DNA of 64,000 nucleotides from Gemmatimonadales bacterium (GTDB lineage Bacteria > Gemmatimonadota > Gemmatimonadetes > Gemmatimonadales > GWC2-71-9). Both the position numbers and the translations under genes were made by a program. How positions within the stretch are numbered: position 1 is the stretch's first letter; every line of letters starts with the position of its first letter. Of the stretch, positions 37,251-46,423 are shown one piece after another. The notes under the pieces are model-generated. The model searched no databases, had not been told where the DNA came from, and worked only from the letters and a program-made list of their open reading frames with translations. The stretch spans positions 96,678-160,677 of the forward strand of contig JBDIWC010000001.1 of the NCBI GenBank assembly GCA_039794085.1. Direction: 5' to 3'.

Positions 37251-37445
37251 GGGGGGCCCTTCCTGGGGCCCTTCCCCCCCCCAGAAAGCAACTCCTCATC
37301 TCGACGTACGCGGCCTCTCTGATGACCTTCACGTCCTTCGCGTCCTTTGCGGTGATTCCTCCCACCGGGGCATTGAACCGCAGAGGTCGCACAGGGTTGA
37401 CGGATGCCGCGACGGGGGACGGGATTCCACACGTCCCAAGGGGCA

Positions 37446-37823
37446 TCACAGGGTGCCGCGAGTGAGGGAGACGTATATCAGGTACCCCAGCACCAGGGAC
37501 AACAGGAGGGGGGGAATGACCATCGGCCCCTCCTTGCGGCGCCGGTGGGTCCCGATGGCTCCGAGCATGATCACCAGGAGACCCGCGGCCGCCACCGGAG
37601 CGAGCAGGGGCGCCACACCAGTCACCCGTGGCAGAATCAGACCGAGTCCACCCGCCACCTCAGCCAGACCGAGAAACCGGACAAATCCCGGCGAGTACGC
37701 CTTGACCCAGTCCGACTTCGGATCGGCCGCCATGGTGGCGTACGGCGTCCGGAGCTTCATGAGGCCAACACCGACAAAAGCCAGCGCTGTCACACCCTGC
37801 GCGATCAACAGGACCGTTTCCAT
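37446..37823 (-). CDS. DoxX family membrane protein
   Basis: F..VG.MKL, G.AEVAGGLGLILP, M.GAI..H; GGAGG RBS. Confidence 0.85.
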   Translation of the reverse strand: METVLLIAQGVTALAFVGVGLMKLRTPYATMAADPKSDWVKAYSPGFVRFLGLAEVAGGLGLILPRVTGVAPLLAPVAAAGLLVIMLGAIGTHRRRKEGPMVIPPLLLSLVLGYLIYVSLTRGTL

Positions 37824-38056
37824 CAGGCACCTCCTGTGGGGATATGTGTAACAATAGCGAGCGTTCGACGTCTCCCGGAATAGTCTCACCCCGGTGAAGA
37901 GCATGCCCCGGAGGTCAGATGTCGGCCGAGTCTCTTCTGGAGGGGACGTGGAATGTCGGAGTCATGACACACCATCGTGTTCTACCACGACCCGTTGCCG
38001 TTCGCGCTGGCCCATGCCAGCTTGCGTCCCATGATCCCCTTTGCCTCGAGGAATCG

Positions 38057-38623
38057 ATGAAATCGACCGCACTCTTCTCCGCACTCCTGACCCTGGCCCT
38101 GGTGGTTCCCGCGGCCCATGCGCAGCAACGCGGGGTTCTGATCGGCACGGAGGATCCTATCCGGGTTCTGTATGACACACTCGGTAACTCCGCCACGATT
38201 TCTGCTCCTCCGACCCGGGTCATCTCCGCCCTGCGGGAGGTCTTCAAGGACCTGGGTGTGGAGGTGAAGCACGACAACCCCGCCGCGGGGGAGCTCGGCA
38301 ACGTCAACTTCTGGAAGATGCGGCGTTTTGCCGGGAGTCCGATGTCGGCCTGGATGGACTGCGGTTTCAACGCCACGGGCCAGAACGCCGACAGCCGGCG
38401 GATCTACATGAATCTGCTCACCCGGACGCGGCCCGCGGCGAACAAGGGCTCCGCCGCCCAGGTCGTTCTGCGCGCCACGGCGGTGGAGGTGGCCGGAGGG
38501 TCGACCGATCCGATGGATTGCACCAGCAACGGGCGTCTGGAGCTCCACATCCTCAGGCTCCTCGAGACCAAGCTCATCGAGACCCAGCTCCTCGAGGCCA
38601 AGCGCCAGCAGCTACCACAGTGA
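38057..38623 (+). CDS. Secreted hypothetical protein
   Basis: Signal peptide ending AHA; Cys pair (MDCG, DCTS.G.LE). Confidence 0.7.
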   Translation: MKSTALFSALLTLALVVPAAHAQQRGVLIGTEDPIRVLYDTLGNSATISAPPTRVISALREVFKDLGVEVKHDNPAAGELGNVNFWKMRRFAGSPMSAWMDCGFNATGQNADSRRIYMNLLTRTRPAANKGSAAQVVLRATAVEVAGGSTDPMDCTSNGRLELHILRLLETKLIETQLLEAKRQQLPQ

Positions 38624-39041
38624 GGGCGGTCCGGGCGGCACTCATTCCCGCACCCGGTGCCCCGGTACGCTTGGAGGAGTTCCCCGTACCGGGACTCGCC
38701 CCGGGCGCGGCCCTGTTGACCACGCTGTACTCGGAGGTCTGCGGCACCGATGTGCACCTGCACCACGGTCGTCTCGCGGGAGTTCCGTCTATCCACTGAT
38801 CCCGGGTCACGTGTCGGTCGGTGCGGTGACCGAAATGCGCGGACCCATCGCCAACATCGAAGGACGACCAATCCGGGGGGGAGACATTGTCACCGTCCTC
38901 GACGTCCACGAGACCTGCAACGCGTGCCATCACTGCCTGGTCACGAAACAGACCACCCGGTGCCCCTCACGCAAGGTGCACGGCATCACCTACGGTCTCG
39001 CCCCGGAGACCTTCATGGGCGGCGGATGCGGGCTGATCACG
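38620..39041 (+). pseudogene. Zn-dependent alcohol dehydrogenase remnant (frameshift, internal deletion, truncation)
   Basis: EVCGTDVH, frameshift near 38789, then YPLIPGH...CNACHHC...C; jumps to PETFMGGGCGL and ends at a heptamer run. Confidence 0.8.
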
Positions 39042-39083
39042 GACTCCCGACTCCCCGCTCCCCCTTCCCCCCTTCCCCCCCGC

Positions 39084-39121
39084 TTGACTCCTCGGTATCA
39101 ATATGATATCATTTTGATACC
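39084..39121 (+). promoter_or_regulatory. Sigma-70 promoter overlapped by a 28-bp palindromic operator
   Basis: TTGACT-N17-TATCAT; GGTATCAATATGATATCATTTTGATACC at 39094-39121. Confidence 0.75.
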
Positions 39122-39139
39122 CCTTTCCCGGAGATCTCC

Positions 39140-40009
39140 ATGATCCGCGAAATTCGCCGTTCCGCCGTCCCCGGCCTCATGGCCCTGTTCTTCATCCTGG
39201 CCGGGATGGTCCTCCTCGGCGCCATGTTCGTGTCCGGGGTCCGCGAGCAGGCGGCCCCGCGGATCGTGATGTCGATCCTGCTCTTCAGCACCCTGGCGTT
39301 TCTGCTGAACGGGGTCTTCGTGGTGAACCCGAACGACGGGCGCGCGCTGACGCTGTTCGGGAAGTACGTGGGGACGGTGAAGACTCCCGGGATCTGGTGG
39401 GTCAATCCCTTCATGGTGAAGCAGAGGGTGTCGCTCCGGGTCCGGAACTTCGAGACCACCAAGCTCAAGGTGAACGACAAGGAGAGCAACCCGATCGAGA
39501 TCGCCGCGGTGATCGTGTGGCGGGTGGTGGACACCGCCGAGGCGCTCTTCGAGGTGGACGACTACGAGAACTATGTCCGGGTGCAGAGCGAGTCCGCGGT
39601 CCGCACCCTCGCCTCGGGATACCCCTACGACGCGCATCAGGAGGGACAGATCGCCCTGAGCTCCCACACGGCGGAGGTATCGAAAGGACTCCTGGTCGAG
39701 GTGCAGGAGCGGCTCGGCAAGGCGGGAGTGGAGGTCACGGAGGCGCGGATCAGCCACCTGGCCTACGCCCCGGAGATCGCCTCCGCCATGCTGCAGCGGC
39801 AGCAGGCCAGCGCCATCATCGCCGCTCGGCAGAAGATCGTGGAGGGCGCCGTGGGGATGGTGGAGAACGCACTCCAGTTGCTCTCGGAGAAGTCGATCCT
39901 GGAGCTGGACGGCGAACGCCGGGCCTCGATGGTGAGCAACCTGCTGGTGGTGCTCTGCGCCGAGCGGGGCACCCAACCGGTGATCAACACCGGCACCCTG
40001 TACCAGTAG
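39140..40009 (+). CDS. SPFH (band 7) domain membrane protein
   Basis: Two TM helices; [41 protein letters not shown]. Confidence 0.92.
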   Translation: MIREIRRSAVPGLMALFFILAGMVLLGAMFVSGVREQAAPRIVMSILLFSTLAFLLNGVFVVNPNDGRALTLFGKYVGTVKTPGIWWVNPFMVKQRVSLRVRNFETTKLKVNDKESNPIEIAAVIVWRVVDTAEALFEVDDYENYVRVQSESAVRTLASGYPYDAHQEGQIALSSHTAEVSKGLLVEVQERLGKAGVEVTEARISHLAYAPEIASAMLQRQQASAIIAARQKIVEGAVGMVENALQLLSEKSILELDGERRASMVSNLLVVLCAERGTQPVINTGTLYQ

Positions 40010-40206
40010 TGGCCCGCAAGGCCTTTCTGCTCCGCCTCGACCCCGCGCTGCACGACGCGCTGCAGCGCTGGGCCGAGGATGATCTGCGCAGCCTGAATGG
40101 CCAGATCGAGTATCTTCTTCGGGATGCGCTGCACCGCCGGGGCCGGCATCCGAGGCTCCCTCCCCCTCGCTCCCAGGACCCCGGAGCCCCCGGGAGCGGG
40201 AAGTAG
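40009..40206 (+). CDS. Arc/ribbon-helix-helix DNA-binding protein
   Basis: GTG overlaps the SPFH stop; RKAFLLRLDPALHDALQRWAEDDLRSLNGQIEYLL. Confidence 0.85.
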   Translation: MARKAFLLRLDPALHDALQRWAEDDLRSLNGQIEYLLRDALHRRGRHPRLPPPRSQDPGAPGSGK

Positions 40207-40315
40207 CCGGTTTGGGGTCTGTTCGGTACCTTTCCCGGCGACAATGTGCGTCTTTCATCTGATGTGGCGTCACCAACGAGTACGTGTGAATTCCCCTCTC
40301 CAAGGAATCGGGACA

Positions 40316-40735
40316 ATGCTCGGCGCGATCCCACCGCGGGCCGCCCTTGGGATCCTCCTCCTCGTGGGGGTGGCAACACCCTCCACCGGTGGCGCCCTCC
40401 ACGCCCAAGGTACCGATTCGAGCCGGATCACGCGGGCGGAGATCGCCACCCAACCGCGGGTGTCGGACGCCCTCGCCCTGATCAAACAGCTCCGACCCCG
40501 CTTCCTCACGGGTCGGCCGGAGCCGGTGGTCTTCATCGATACCACGCGGGCTTTCAGCATCGACGACCTGAGCACGGTGCCCGCGCTCAACGTTCAGGAG
40601 ATCCGATTCCTCACCGGGGCCGACGCGGCCGCCCGATCCGGAACGGGGAAAGCCGCCGAAGTCGTCATCCTGGTGAGAACCCGGCGACAGGCGACACCAC
40701 CGGGAAATTCCACCGCCGTCACGAGAAAACCATGA
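40316..40735 (+). CDS. Secreted stand-alone TonB-plug-like protein
   Basis: Signal peptide; ITRAEI...DAL..I..LRP, PVVFID, VQEIRFL.G.DA, VILVRT. Confidence 0.65.
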   Translation: MLGAIPPRAALGILLLVGVATPSTGGALHAQGTDSSRITRAEIATQPRVSDALALIKQLRPRFLTGRPEPVVFIDTTRAFSIDDLSTVPALNVQEIRFLTGADAAARSGTGKAAEVVILVRTRRQATPPGNSTAVTRKP

Positions 40736-41184
40736 GAAAGCTTCGCTGGGCCCTGACCGCCGTCCTTCTTCTTCCCCTCGTCGCACCCGTGTCGGCTTTT
40801 GCCCAGGGTGACACGTCGAGCGCCCAAAAGAAGGTTGAGAAGAAGAAGATCAAACGGGATCCGCTCCGCATCACGGCGGAAGAGATCGCCCTCCTCCCCG
40901 AGGTGGGAGACGCCTACGATGCGATCCAGCGTCTCCGGCCCCGGTTTCTGCAGACCCGGGGCGTCAACCGGATTCTGTCCTCAGACCCTCCCCAACCGGT
41001 CGTCTACCTCGACGAGGTCAAGCGCGGTCAGATCGACTTCCTCCGGACGGTTCCAGTGCGCACCATCGGGGAGATCCGGTATCTCCGGGGAGTGGATGCC
41101 ACCACCCGGTGGGGAATCGGACACGAGGCGGGGGCGATCATGATCTACACCCTCAAGAAGAACGACCCTCCGGACGGGCCCTGA
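40732..41184 (+). CDS. Secreted stand-alone TonB-plug-like protein (paralogue)
   Basis: ATGA overlap; ITAEEI...DAYDAIQRLRP, PVVYLD, EIRYL...DATTRWG...AGAI.I.T. Confidence 0.75.
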   Translation: MRKLRWALTAVLLLPLVAPVSAFAQGDTSSAQKKVEKKKIKRDPLRITAEEIALLPEVGDAYDAIQRLRPRFLQTRGVNRILSSDPPQPVVYLDEVKRGQIDFLRTVPVRTIGEIRYLRGVDATTRWGIGHEAGAIMIYTLKKNDPPDGP

Positions 41185-41191
41185 CCGGGAG

Positions 41192-41533
41192 TCAGGACCG
41201 GGTCCGTAATTCGCGGGAGAGCGCAGCCGAGGAACCGGCGAGCAGCACACCGAAGCCCAGCGTGATCACAAGGGGCCCGGCGGCGGGCATTCCGAGCAAT
41301 CGGCCCAGCCGGTGGGCGATGGGCGCCACCGGCCCCGATAGCGCCGCCACCAGCAGCAGAGCACCCCACGCCAGGCCGCCAGCCAGGGCCACTTGGAGCG
41401 CCCCCCAACGCTGCCGGTGCGTGGTGGCACCGGCGACCATCCCCAGGGCCGCCACCGCCCACCACCCCAGAAGCCAGGTTCCCACCGCCATTCCGAGCCC
41501 GACCGCCAGGGTACGCAGCATCGCGGAGCGCAT
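41192..41533 (-). CDS. Small hypothetical membrane protein
   Basis: Hydrophobic 113 aa; 1-bp overlap with the acylase stop. Confidence 0.65.
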   Translation of the reverse strand: MRSAMLRTLAVGLGMAVGTWLLGWWAVAALGMVAGATTHRQRWGALQVALAGGLAWGALLLVAALSGPVAPIAHRLGRLLGMPAAGPLVITLGFGVLLAGSSAALSRELRTRS

Positions 41534-43995
41534 CAGGGAACCCTCCCTTTCCCCGAACGGAAGGTCAGGCGGGACTCGACCTCACCGGGTGCGAGCCCCT
41601 CGATATCCCTCGGAAAGAGAAGCGGGTCGAGCTTTCCTGCTTGCCACAGGGGAACCCGGTCCGCATACCGAGGGCTCGCCGGATTCCCCGACTGGCCCCC
41701 GGGGTAGGTGCCCCAGGCGCGAATCTCCGGCCCCAGTTCAACCACCATTCTCCAGCTCGCTCCGTGGGTGCCGCGGCCGAACGAGGGAGCGATGGTGGAC
41801 GGGCCGCTCGTCACCGGAAGGCCCAACTCGGAGAGGGCGGGCAGTCCGAGCAGGTGATAGAGATTGGCGTGCTGTACCTCCCTCCACTCCCACCGGGGAC
41901 CGGGCGGCCCCCGTTCGTCCACGACGCGCTGCCACGCAGCCGTAAGGCTCGCCCCCACGACCGCCTCCCGGTCTTCCCGTTCCGGGGTGTCCCGGTCATC
42001 CCACCAAATGCTTCCCTGGTCTTCCAGTGCGGCGAGAAGGAGAGTGCCGTCCGGGGTGGCCAGCCGGCGCCCCGCGCTCGCTCCCGGGGGAACCAGCTCG
42101 TCCCACAGGCGAACGTTGACCTCATCCACAACCGCTTCGAACAGGACCGCCTCCCGGGTCGCGAGGGTGTAGCGGCCATCCCATTCCCGCAAGCGATCGA
42201 GGACGATCCGCGCAATCGAGTCGGTGGAACCGGCCCCCTCACCTGCCGCCAGGATCCGGGGGAGCAGCTCCTCGACCCGGGCGCTCCCCGGATCGGTCTG
42301 GAGGAGTCGCATCGCCTCCGGTGTCACGCTGCTGTCGCGGCGAAGCAGCGCGTTGATGCGCATCGCACGCCACGGAGCGGGCCAGAGAGCGCCCCGATAC
42401 GCGGAGTCCACCCGGGGGTCGATCGGTTCCTGATTGGCCGAGGCCAGGAATCCCTGGCGGGGCGCCCGGGCAAAGGGGACCCGGTCCGCGGAGAGCACCC
42501 CGCTCCAGTCATGGGCCGAGGAGGTGCCATCCTGGATGGTGTCGCCCCGGGCACCGTTGGGCCGGATCGGGTAGCGTCCGCTGGCCCGGATCGCGATGGT
42601 CCCGCTCCGGTCCGCCACGAGTCCATTCTGGATGGGGGCCACGAAGGAGTCCATCGCATCCAACCAGTCGTCCACGGTCTGCGCGGTTTGAATGCGGAGA
42701 AAGGTGCCGAGGTCGTCGGCGGGATCGTGGACGGTCCAGCGGAGGGAGTACCAGGCACTGTCGACCTGGAGCATCGGCCCCCGGTGGGTGTAACGGAGAG
42801 TATCGATCCGAAGGAGGGTGCCCCCGGGCCCCCGATAGGCGGTCGGCTCGAGCTGGAGATCCCGCCATGCGCCATCAAGCCAGTACAGCGTGGGGGACTC
42901 CTCGTGATCCACCCGTTCCCGGTACCAGTCGAGCACGTCACTTCCACCGTTCGTGAAGGTCCAGGCCACATCGCGGTTGAATCCGATCACGACTCCTGGC
43001 GCCCCGGCGAAGGTGACCCCGGCCACGTCGAGGGAATCGGGGACCATCAGATGGACCTCATACCAGATCGAGGGAAGCGTCAATTGGAGGTGAGGGTCTC
43101 CGGCCAGCAGTGCGTGGCCGTCCCGGGTCCTGCCGGGGGCCACGGCCCAGTTGTTGGATCCGACCCGATCGTCCCCCCACTCCGGTCCCCCGGGGAGGCC
43201 GGGGTCCGTCCCGGCGGAGAGAACCCGCACGGAGGACGGAGGAGGAAGGACCGGCAGGGCCAGGCGGGGTGTGGGCCACGGGGCCGGTTGCACCGGTTCC
43301 TGGATCGGCGCATGCACCGGGAAGAGCACCTCGGTGGCTTCCGCCCCGATCAAGTCCACGATCCGGGGACGGCGGAGTTCGGAGCTGCTGGAGGCCAGGG
43401 TGCGCCCCATTTCCGCCATGAAATAGAGGGTGAACCTCGGCTCCCATCGCAGGGGACGGGCGTCGAGCAGGCGATACTCGAAGGGGAGGTCACGCGGGGC
43501 GAGCTGGTCTATCCATGCATTGACCCCCTCGGCGTACGCGGTTACCGCCTGCCAGGTGGGTCCCCCCGTCTCGAGAGCGGCCCAGTCCCGTTCGGCGGCC
43601 CAGGGAAGCCCCATCGCCCTCGTCCGGCGGTCGCTCTCGACCGCGCGGGCTCCGGCCCATTCCGAGAGCCGGCCCGCCGCCGCCCTTACCTGGGCTTCCA
43701 TCTGGAAGAGACGGTCCCGCGCCACCAGGTATCCCTGGACCCGGTAGGCGTCGGCGAGTGTGGTCGCGAAGATGTGGGGGACCCCGCGCACGTCCACCCG
43801 CACCTCCACCGGTGCCGTGAGCGTGGAAATCGATGCGACGGAGACCGGAGGGAGAGTCACCGCGGACGTGGCCCACACTCCATGTACCGGATCGAGGAGC
43901 GGGCCGAGAGGGGGGAGATCCCCGGCGCCGCGAGACCCCAGCGCGATGAGTCCCGTGAGAAGGAGAGCTGTGACACCGAGTCGAAGAACGCGCAT
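41533..43995 (-). CDS. Penicillin acylase family (S45) Ntn-hydrolase
   Basis: GVPHI, RDRLFQM, GSNNW nucleophile, DPHL, PGGQSG. Confidence 0.93.
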   Translation of the reverse strand: MRVLRLGVTALLLTGLIALGSRGAGDLPPLGPLLDPVHGVWATSAVTLPPVSVASISTLTAPVEVRVDVRGVPHIFATTLADAYRVQGYLVARDRLFQMEAQVRAAAGRLSEWAGARAVESDRRTRAMGLPWAAERDWAALETGGPTWQAVTAYAEGVNAWIDQLAPRDLPFEYRLLDARPLRWEPRFTLYFMAEMGRTLASSSSELRRPRIVDLIGAEATEVLFPVHAPIQEPVQPAPWPTPRLALPVLPPPSSVRVLSAGTDPGLPGGPEWGDDRVGSNNWAVAPGRTRDGHALLAGDPHLQLTLPSIWYEVHLMVPDSLDVAGVTFAGAPGVVIGFNRDVAWTFTNGGSDVLDWYRERVDHEESPTLYWLDGAWRDLQLEPTAYRGPGGTLLRIDTLRYTHRGPMLQVDSAWYSLRWTVHDPADDLGTFLRIQTAQTVDDWLDAMDSFVAPIQNGLVADRSGTIAIRASGRYPIRPNGARGDTIQDGTSSAHDWSGVLSADRVPFARAPRQGFLASANQEPIDPRVDSAYRGALWPAPWRAMRINALLRRDSSVTPEAMRLLQTDPGSARVEELLPRILAAGEGAGSTDSIARIVLDRLREWDGRYTLATREAVLFEAVVDEVNVRLWDELVPPGASAGRRLATPDGTLLLAALEDQGSIWWDDRDTPEREDREAVVGASLTAAWQRVVDERGPPGPRWEWREVQHANLYHLLGLPALSELGLPVTSGPSTIAPSFGRGTHGASWRMVVELGPEIRAWGTYPGGQSGNPASPRYADRVPLWQAGKLDPLLFPRDIEGLAPGEVESRLTFRSGKGRVP

Positions 43996-44034
43996 GGTCG
44001 CCGTGGGTGGGTGGGAAGTGGTGGCCAGGAGTTA

Positions 44035-44193
44035 AGGACGTAGGACGTAGGACGTAGGACGTAGGACATAGGACTCAGGACCCAGGACTTGGGGGACCCA
44101 GGAGCTTGAGGGCATTGGACTTGATCCCTGTCCTATGTCCTATGTCCTATGTCCTATGTCCTAGGTCCTGTGTCCTGTGTCCCCCTGTCCTAC
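44035..44193. repeat. Inverted pair of heptamer arrays
   Basis: (AGGACGT/AGGACAT)n ... (TGTCCTA)n. Confidence 0.88.
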
Positions 44194-44470
44194 CCAGATG
44201 CAACAACCTGCGCTCTACTGTAACAGCTTCGGTCAGAGTGCCCCCTGGGAACCCGGTGGAAACTCCCCGAACTCCAATTGGTTCTTGCGGTTCACCGTTT
44301 TTCAACATATATTGTCCCTGTTCGCACTTAATACTCTTCAAATTTGTTTTCTGGGTGACGAAAGCCCGGAGCCGCTACCCGGCGATCGGGGGAGTTTTCC
44401 CCCGCTCAAGCCAGCCAGGTACCCTCCGCCAGGCGTCACCCCCGGATCCAGGGTCCGGGAGGATCGTTTC

Positions 44471-44644
44471 ATGCGCCGTCGATCGCACAACCCAGCCGAC
44501 CAGATCGTCCAACTCCGTCAGGTTGCGCTGCGCGTGGCCATCCTGCTCGGTGCCTTGATTCTGCTGGCGCGAGCCCTTCCTGCCCTGAGCCCCTCTGCAG
44601 AGTACTCACTCCCCGCCCCGGTCGCCACCGCCACAACTCCCTGA
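44471..44644 (+). CDS. Possible small single-TM protein (57 aa)
   Basis: GGAGG upstream of ATG; VALRVAILLGALILLA hydrophobic stretch. Confidence 0.4.
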   Translation: MRRRSHNPADQIVQLRQVALRVAILLGALILLARALPALSPSAEYSLPAPVATATTP

Positions 44645-44693
44645 GTCCAGGTTAACCGGTTTCATCCAAGCGATTTCAGTCCGTCCAATGCCA

Positions 44694-44709
44694 GCAAGCA
44701 GTCACTTGC
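44694..44709. promoter_or_regulatory. Putative TetR operator
   Basis: GCAAG-N6-CTTGC about 30 bp upstream of the tetR start. Confidence 0.5.
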
Positions 44710-44741
44710 ATGCATGACATGTCGTCGGTATCATTTCCGGG

Positions 44742-45341
44742 ATGGATCCCAGGCCACTGACCGATCACCGTGCCCGCATCCTCCGCGCCGCCGTGGAGGT
44801 CTACTCCGAATTCGGTTTCCGTGGTGCGACCACCCGGCGCATCGCTCAGAAGGCCGAGGTCAACGAGGTCACCCTCTTCCGGCATTTCGGCAGCAAGGCC
44901 TCCCTTCTCCGGGAGGCCATCGAGTGCCAGGGATTCGAGATTCACTTCCAGCACCTTCCGGACATCCCGGCTCATCCCCGGGAAGAGCTGCTCGACTGGT
45001 GTGGCCGACACATGGAGGAGCTCCGGGCCCGCCGCTCCCTGATCCGGACCTGCATGGGAGAGATCGAGGAACATCCCGAGATTCTTCCCGCCGGGAGTCC
45101 CACAATCCAGGCCGCTGCCGTGCTGACCGAGTACCTGAGGCGACTCCAGCACCGGGGACTCGCCCGGGCCGATTTCGACCCCGCCCTGGCGGCCCCGATG
45201 CTGATGGGCATCCTCTTTGCCGACGCCATGGGCCGGGACATCATGCCCGACCTCTACCCCGGCACTGCCGCCAACGCACTGGAACAGTACGTCACCCTCT
45301 TCCTGCGTTCCATCGGCGCTGCGGGAGGTGACGCCCCGTGA
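44742..45341 (+). CDS. TetR/AcrR family regulator
   Basis: RILRAA...GFRGATTRRIAQKAEVNEVTLFRHFGSK. Confidence 0.93.
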   Translation: MDPRPLTDHRARILRAAVEVYSEFGFRGATTRRIAQKAEVNEVTLFRHFGSKASLLREAIECQGFEIHFQHLPDIPAHPREELLDWCGRHMEELRARRSLIRTCMGEIEEHPEILPAGSPTIQAAAVLTEYLRRLQHRGLARADFDPALAAPMLMGILFADAMGRDIMPDLYPGTAANALEQYVTLFLRSIGAAGGDAP

Positions 45342-46420
45342 GCCGCTCACCTGCCCTGTTTCCCGTGGTTCTCCTCCTCCTCGGATGTCGCGGGGCCGCG
45401 GGAACGCCGGCCAGCCCCGATCTCCCTCCCGTCACCGTGGCGGCGGATCAGGTCATGGTGGCGGATCTCGTGGCCCTTGCCTCGGGGCCCGGCCTCTCCG
45501 GCACCCTCGTCCCGTCCCGCCAGGCCGCCCTCCGGGCGGAAGTGGCCGGCATGGTCATGGCCCTGGAGGTGGAGGAGGGGACCCGCGTGCGCGCGGGAAC
45601 CCTCCTGCTGCGCATCGACGATGCGGTCCTGCAGGACCAGGTGAGGTCCGCCGAGTCATCGCTACGGGTGGCGGAGGAATCACTCGCGCTGGCCCGGCGG
45701 AATCTGGAGCGGACCGAGCGGCTGGCGGCCGCCGGCGCGATGGCCGAGCAGGAAGCGGAAACCATGCGGGTGCAGGCCACCAGCGCCGAAGCCAATCAGG
45801 CGGATGCCCGTGCGCGGCTGGCGGCGGCGCGCACGCAGCTGGCGCGCACCCTGGTCCGGGCGCCGTTTGCGGGGGTGGTGAGTGAGCTCCCGGTCCACGC
45901 CGGCGACGTGGTGCAGGTGGGGGCCGCACTGGTGACGCTGGTGGACCCGGGATCTCTCCGCCTGGAAGCGATGGTGCCGGTACAGGCGCTCCCCACGCTG
46001 TCGGTCGGAACCCCGGTGGATTTCGATCTCGTGGGTGCCCCCGGCCGGCAATTCGTGGGGCGGGTCGAACGCATCAACCCCGCCGTGGATCCCGCCACCG
46101 GCCAGGTGCGGCTGGTGATCGGTATCGACAACCGCGAGGGGCGCCTGGTGGCCGGGCTCTTTGCCCGCGGCCGGGTGACGACCCACCAGGAAACGGTGCT
46201 GGCGGTCCCGGCCAACGCGGTCAACCTGACCGGTCCCACCCCCGTCGTCCGCCGGCTTCGCGGAGGGCGGGTGGAGGAAGTCGCCGTGCGCACGGGGTTG
46301 ACCGATGCCGTCCGGGAGTTCGTGGCCATCACGGCGGGCCTCGCCCCGGGCGACACGGTGCTGGTCGGATCGGCCCAGTCCATCGCGGTGGGTACTCCGG
46401 TCCGGATCCGGAAGGAGTAG
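45338..46420 (+). CDS. RND efflux periplasmic adaptor (lipoprotein)
   Basis: Lipobox LLGC; lipoyl halves (AEVAG.V, RAPFAGVV); INPAVDPAT. Confidence 0.92.
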   Translation: MSRSPALFPVVLLLLGCRGAAGTPASPDLPPVTVAADQVMVADLVALASGPGLSGTLVPSRQAALRAEVAGMVMALEVEEGTRVRAGTLLLRIDDAVLQDQVRSAESSLRVAEESLALARRNLERTERLAAAGAMAEQEAETMRVQATSAEANQADARARLAAARTQLARTLVRAPFAGVVSELPVHAGDVVQVGAALVTLVDPGSLRLEAMVPVQALPTLSVGTPVDFDLVGAPGRQFVGRVERINPAVDPATGQVRLVIGIDNREGRLVAGLFARGRVTTHQETVLAVPANAVNLTGPTPVVRRLRGGRVEEVAVRTGLTDAVREFVAITAGLAPGDTVLVGSAQSIAVGTPVRIRKE

Positions 46421-46423
46421 CCG

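Noticed and set aside
35980..37432. Repeated-peptide ORFs (MEELTTENTEVAEG..., MADGGALPP...)
   Set aside because: They are translations of the 304-bp DNA repeat; the frame shifts between units.
41641..44043. Long antisense ORFs (800 aa here; also 23091-25505, 45680-48010, 7603-9495 and many others)
   Set aside because: Expected stop-poor shadows of real genes in high-GC DNA; no motifs recognised.
44350..44400. GACGAAAG hairpin resembling a c-di-GMP-I riboswitch
   Set aside because: It lacks the GGCAAA/GAAA P2 stem and the GCAAA core.
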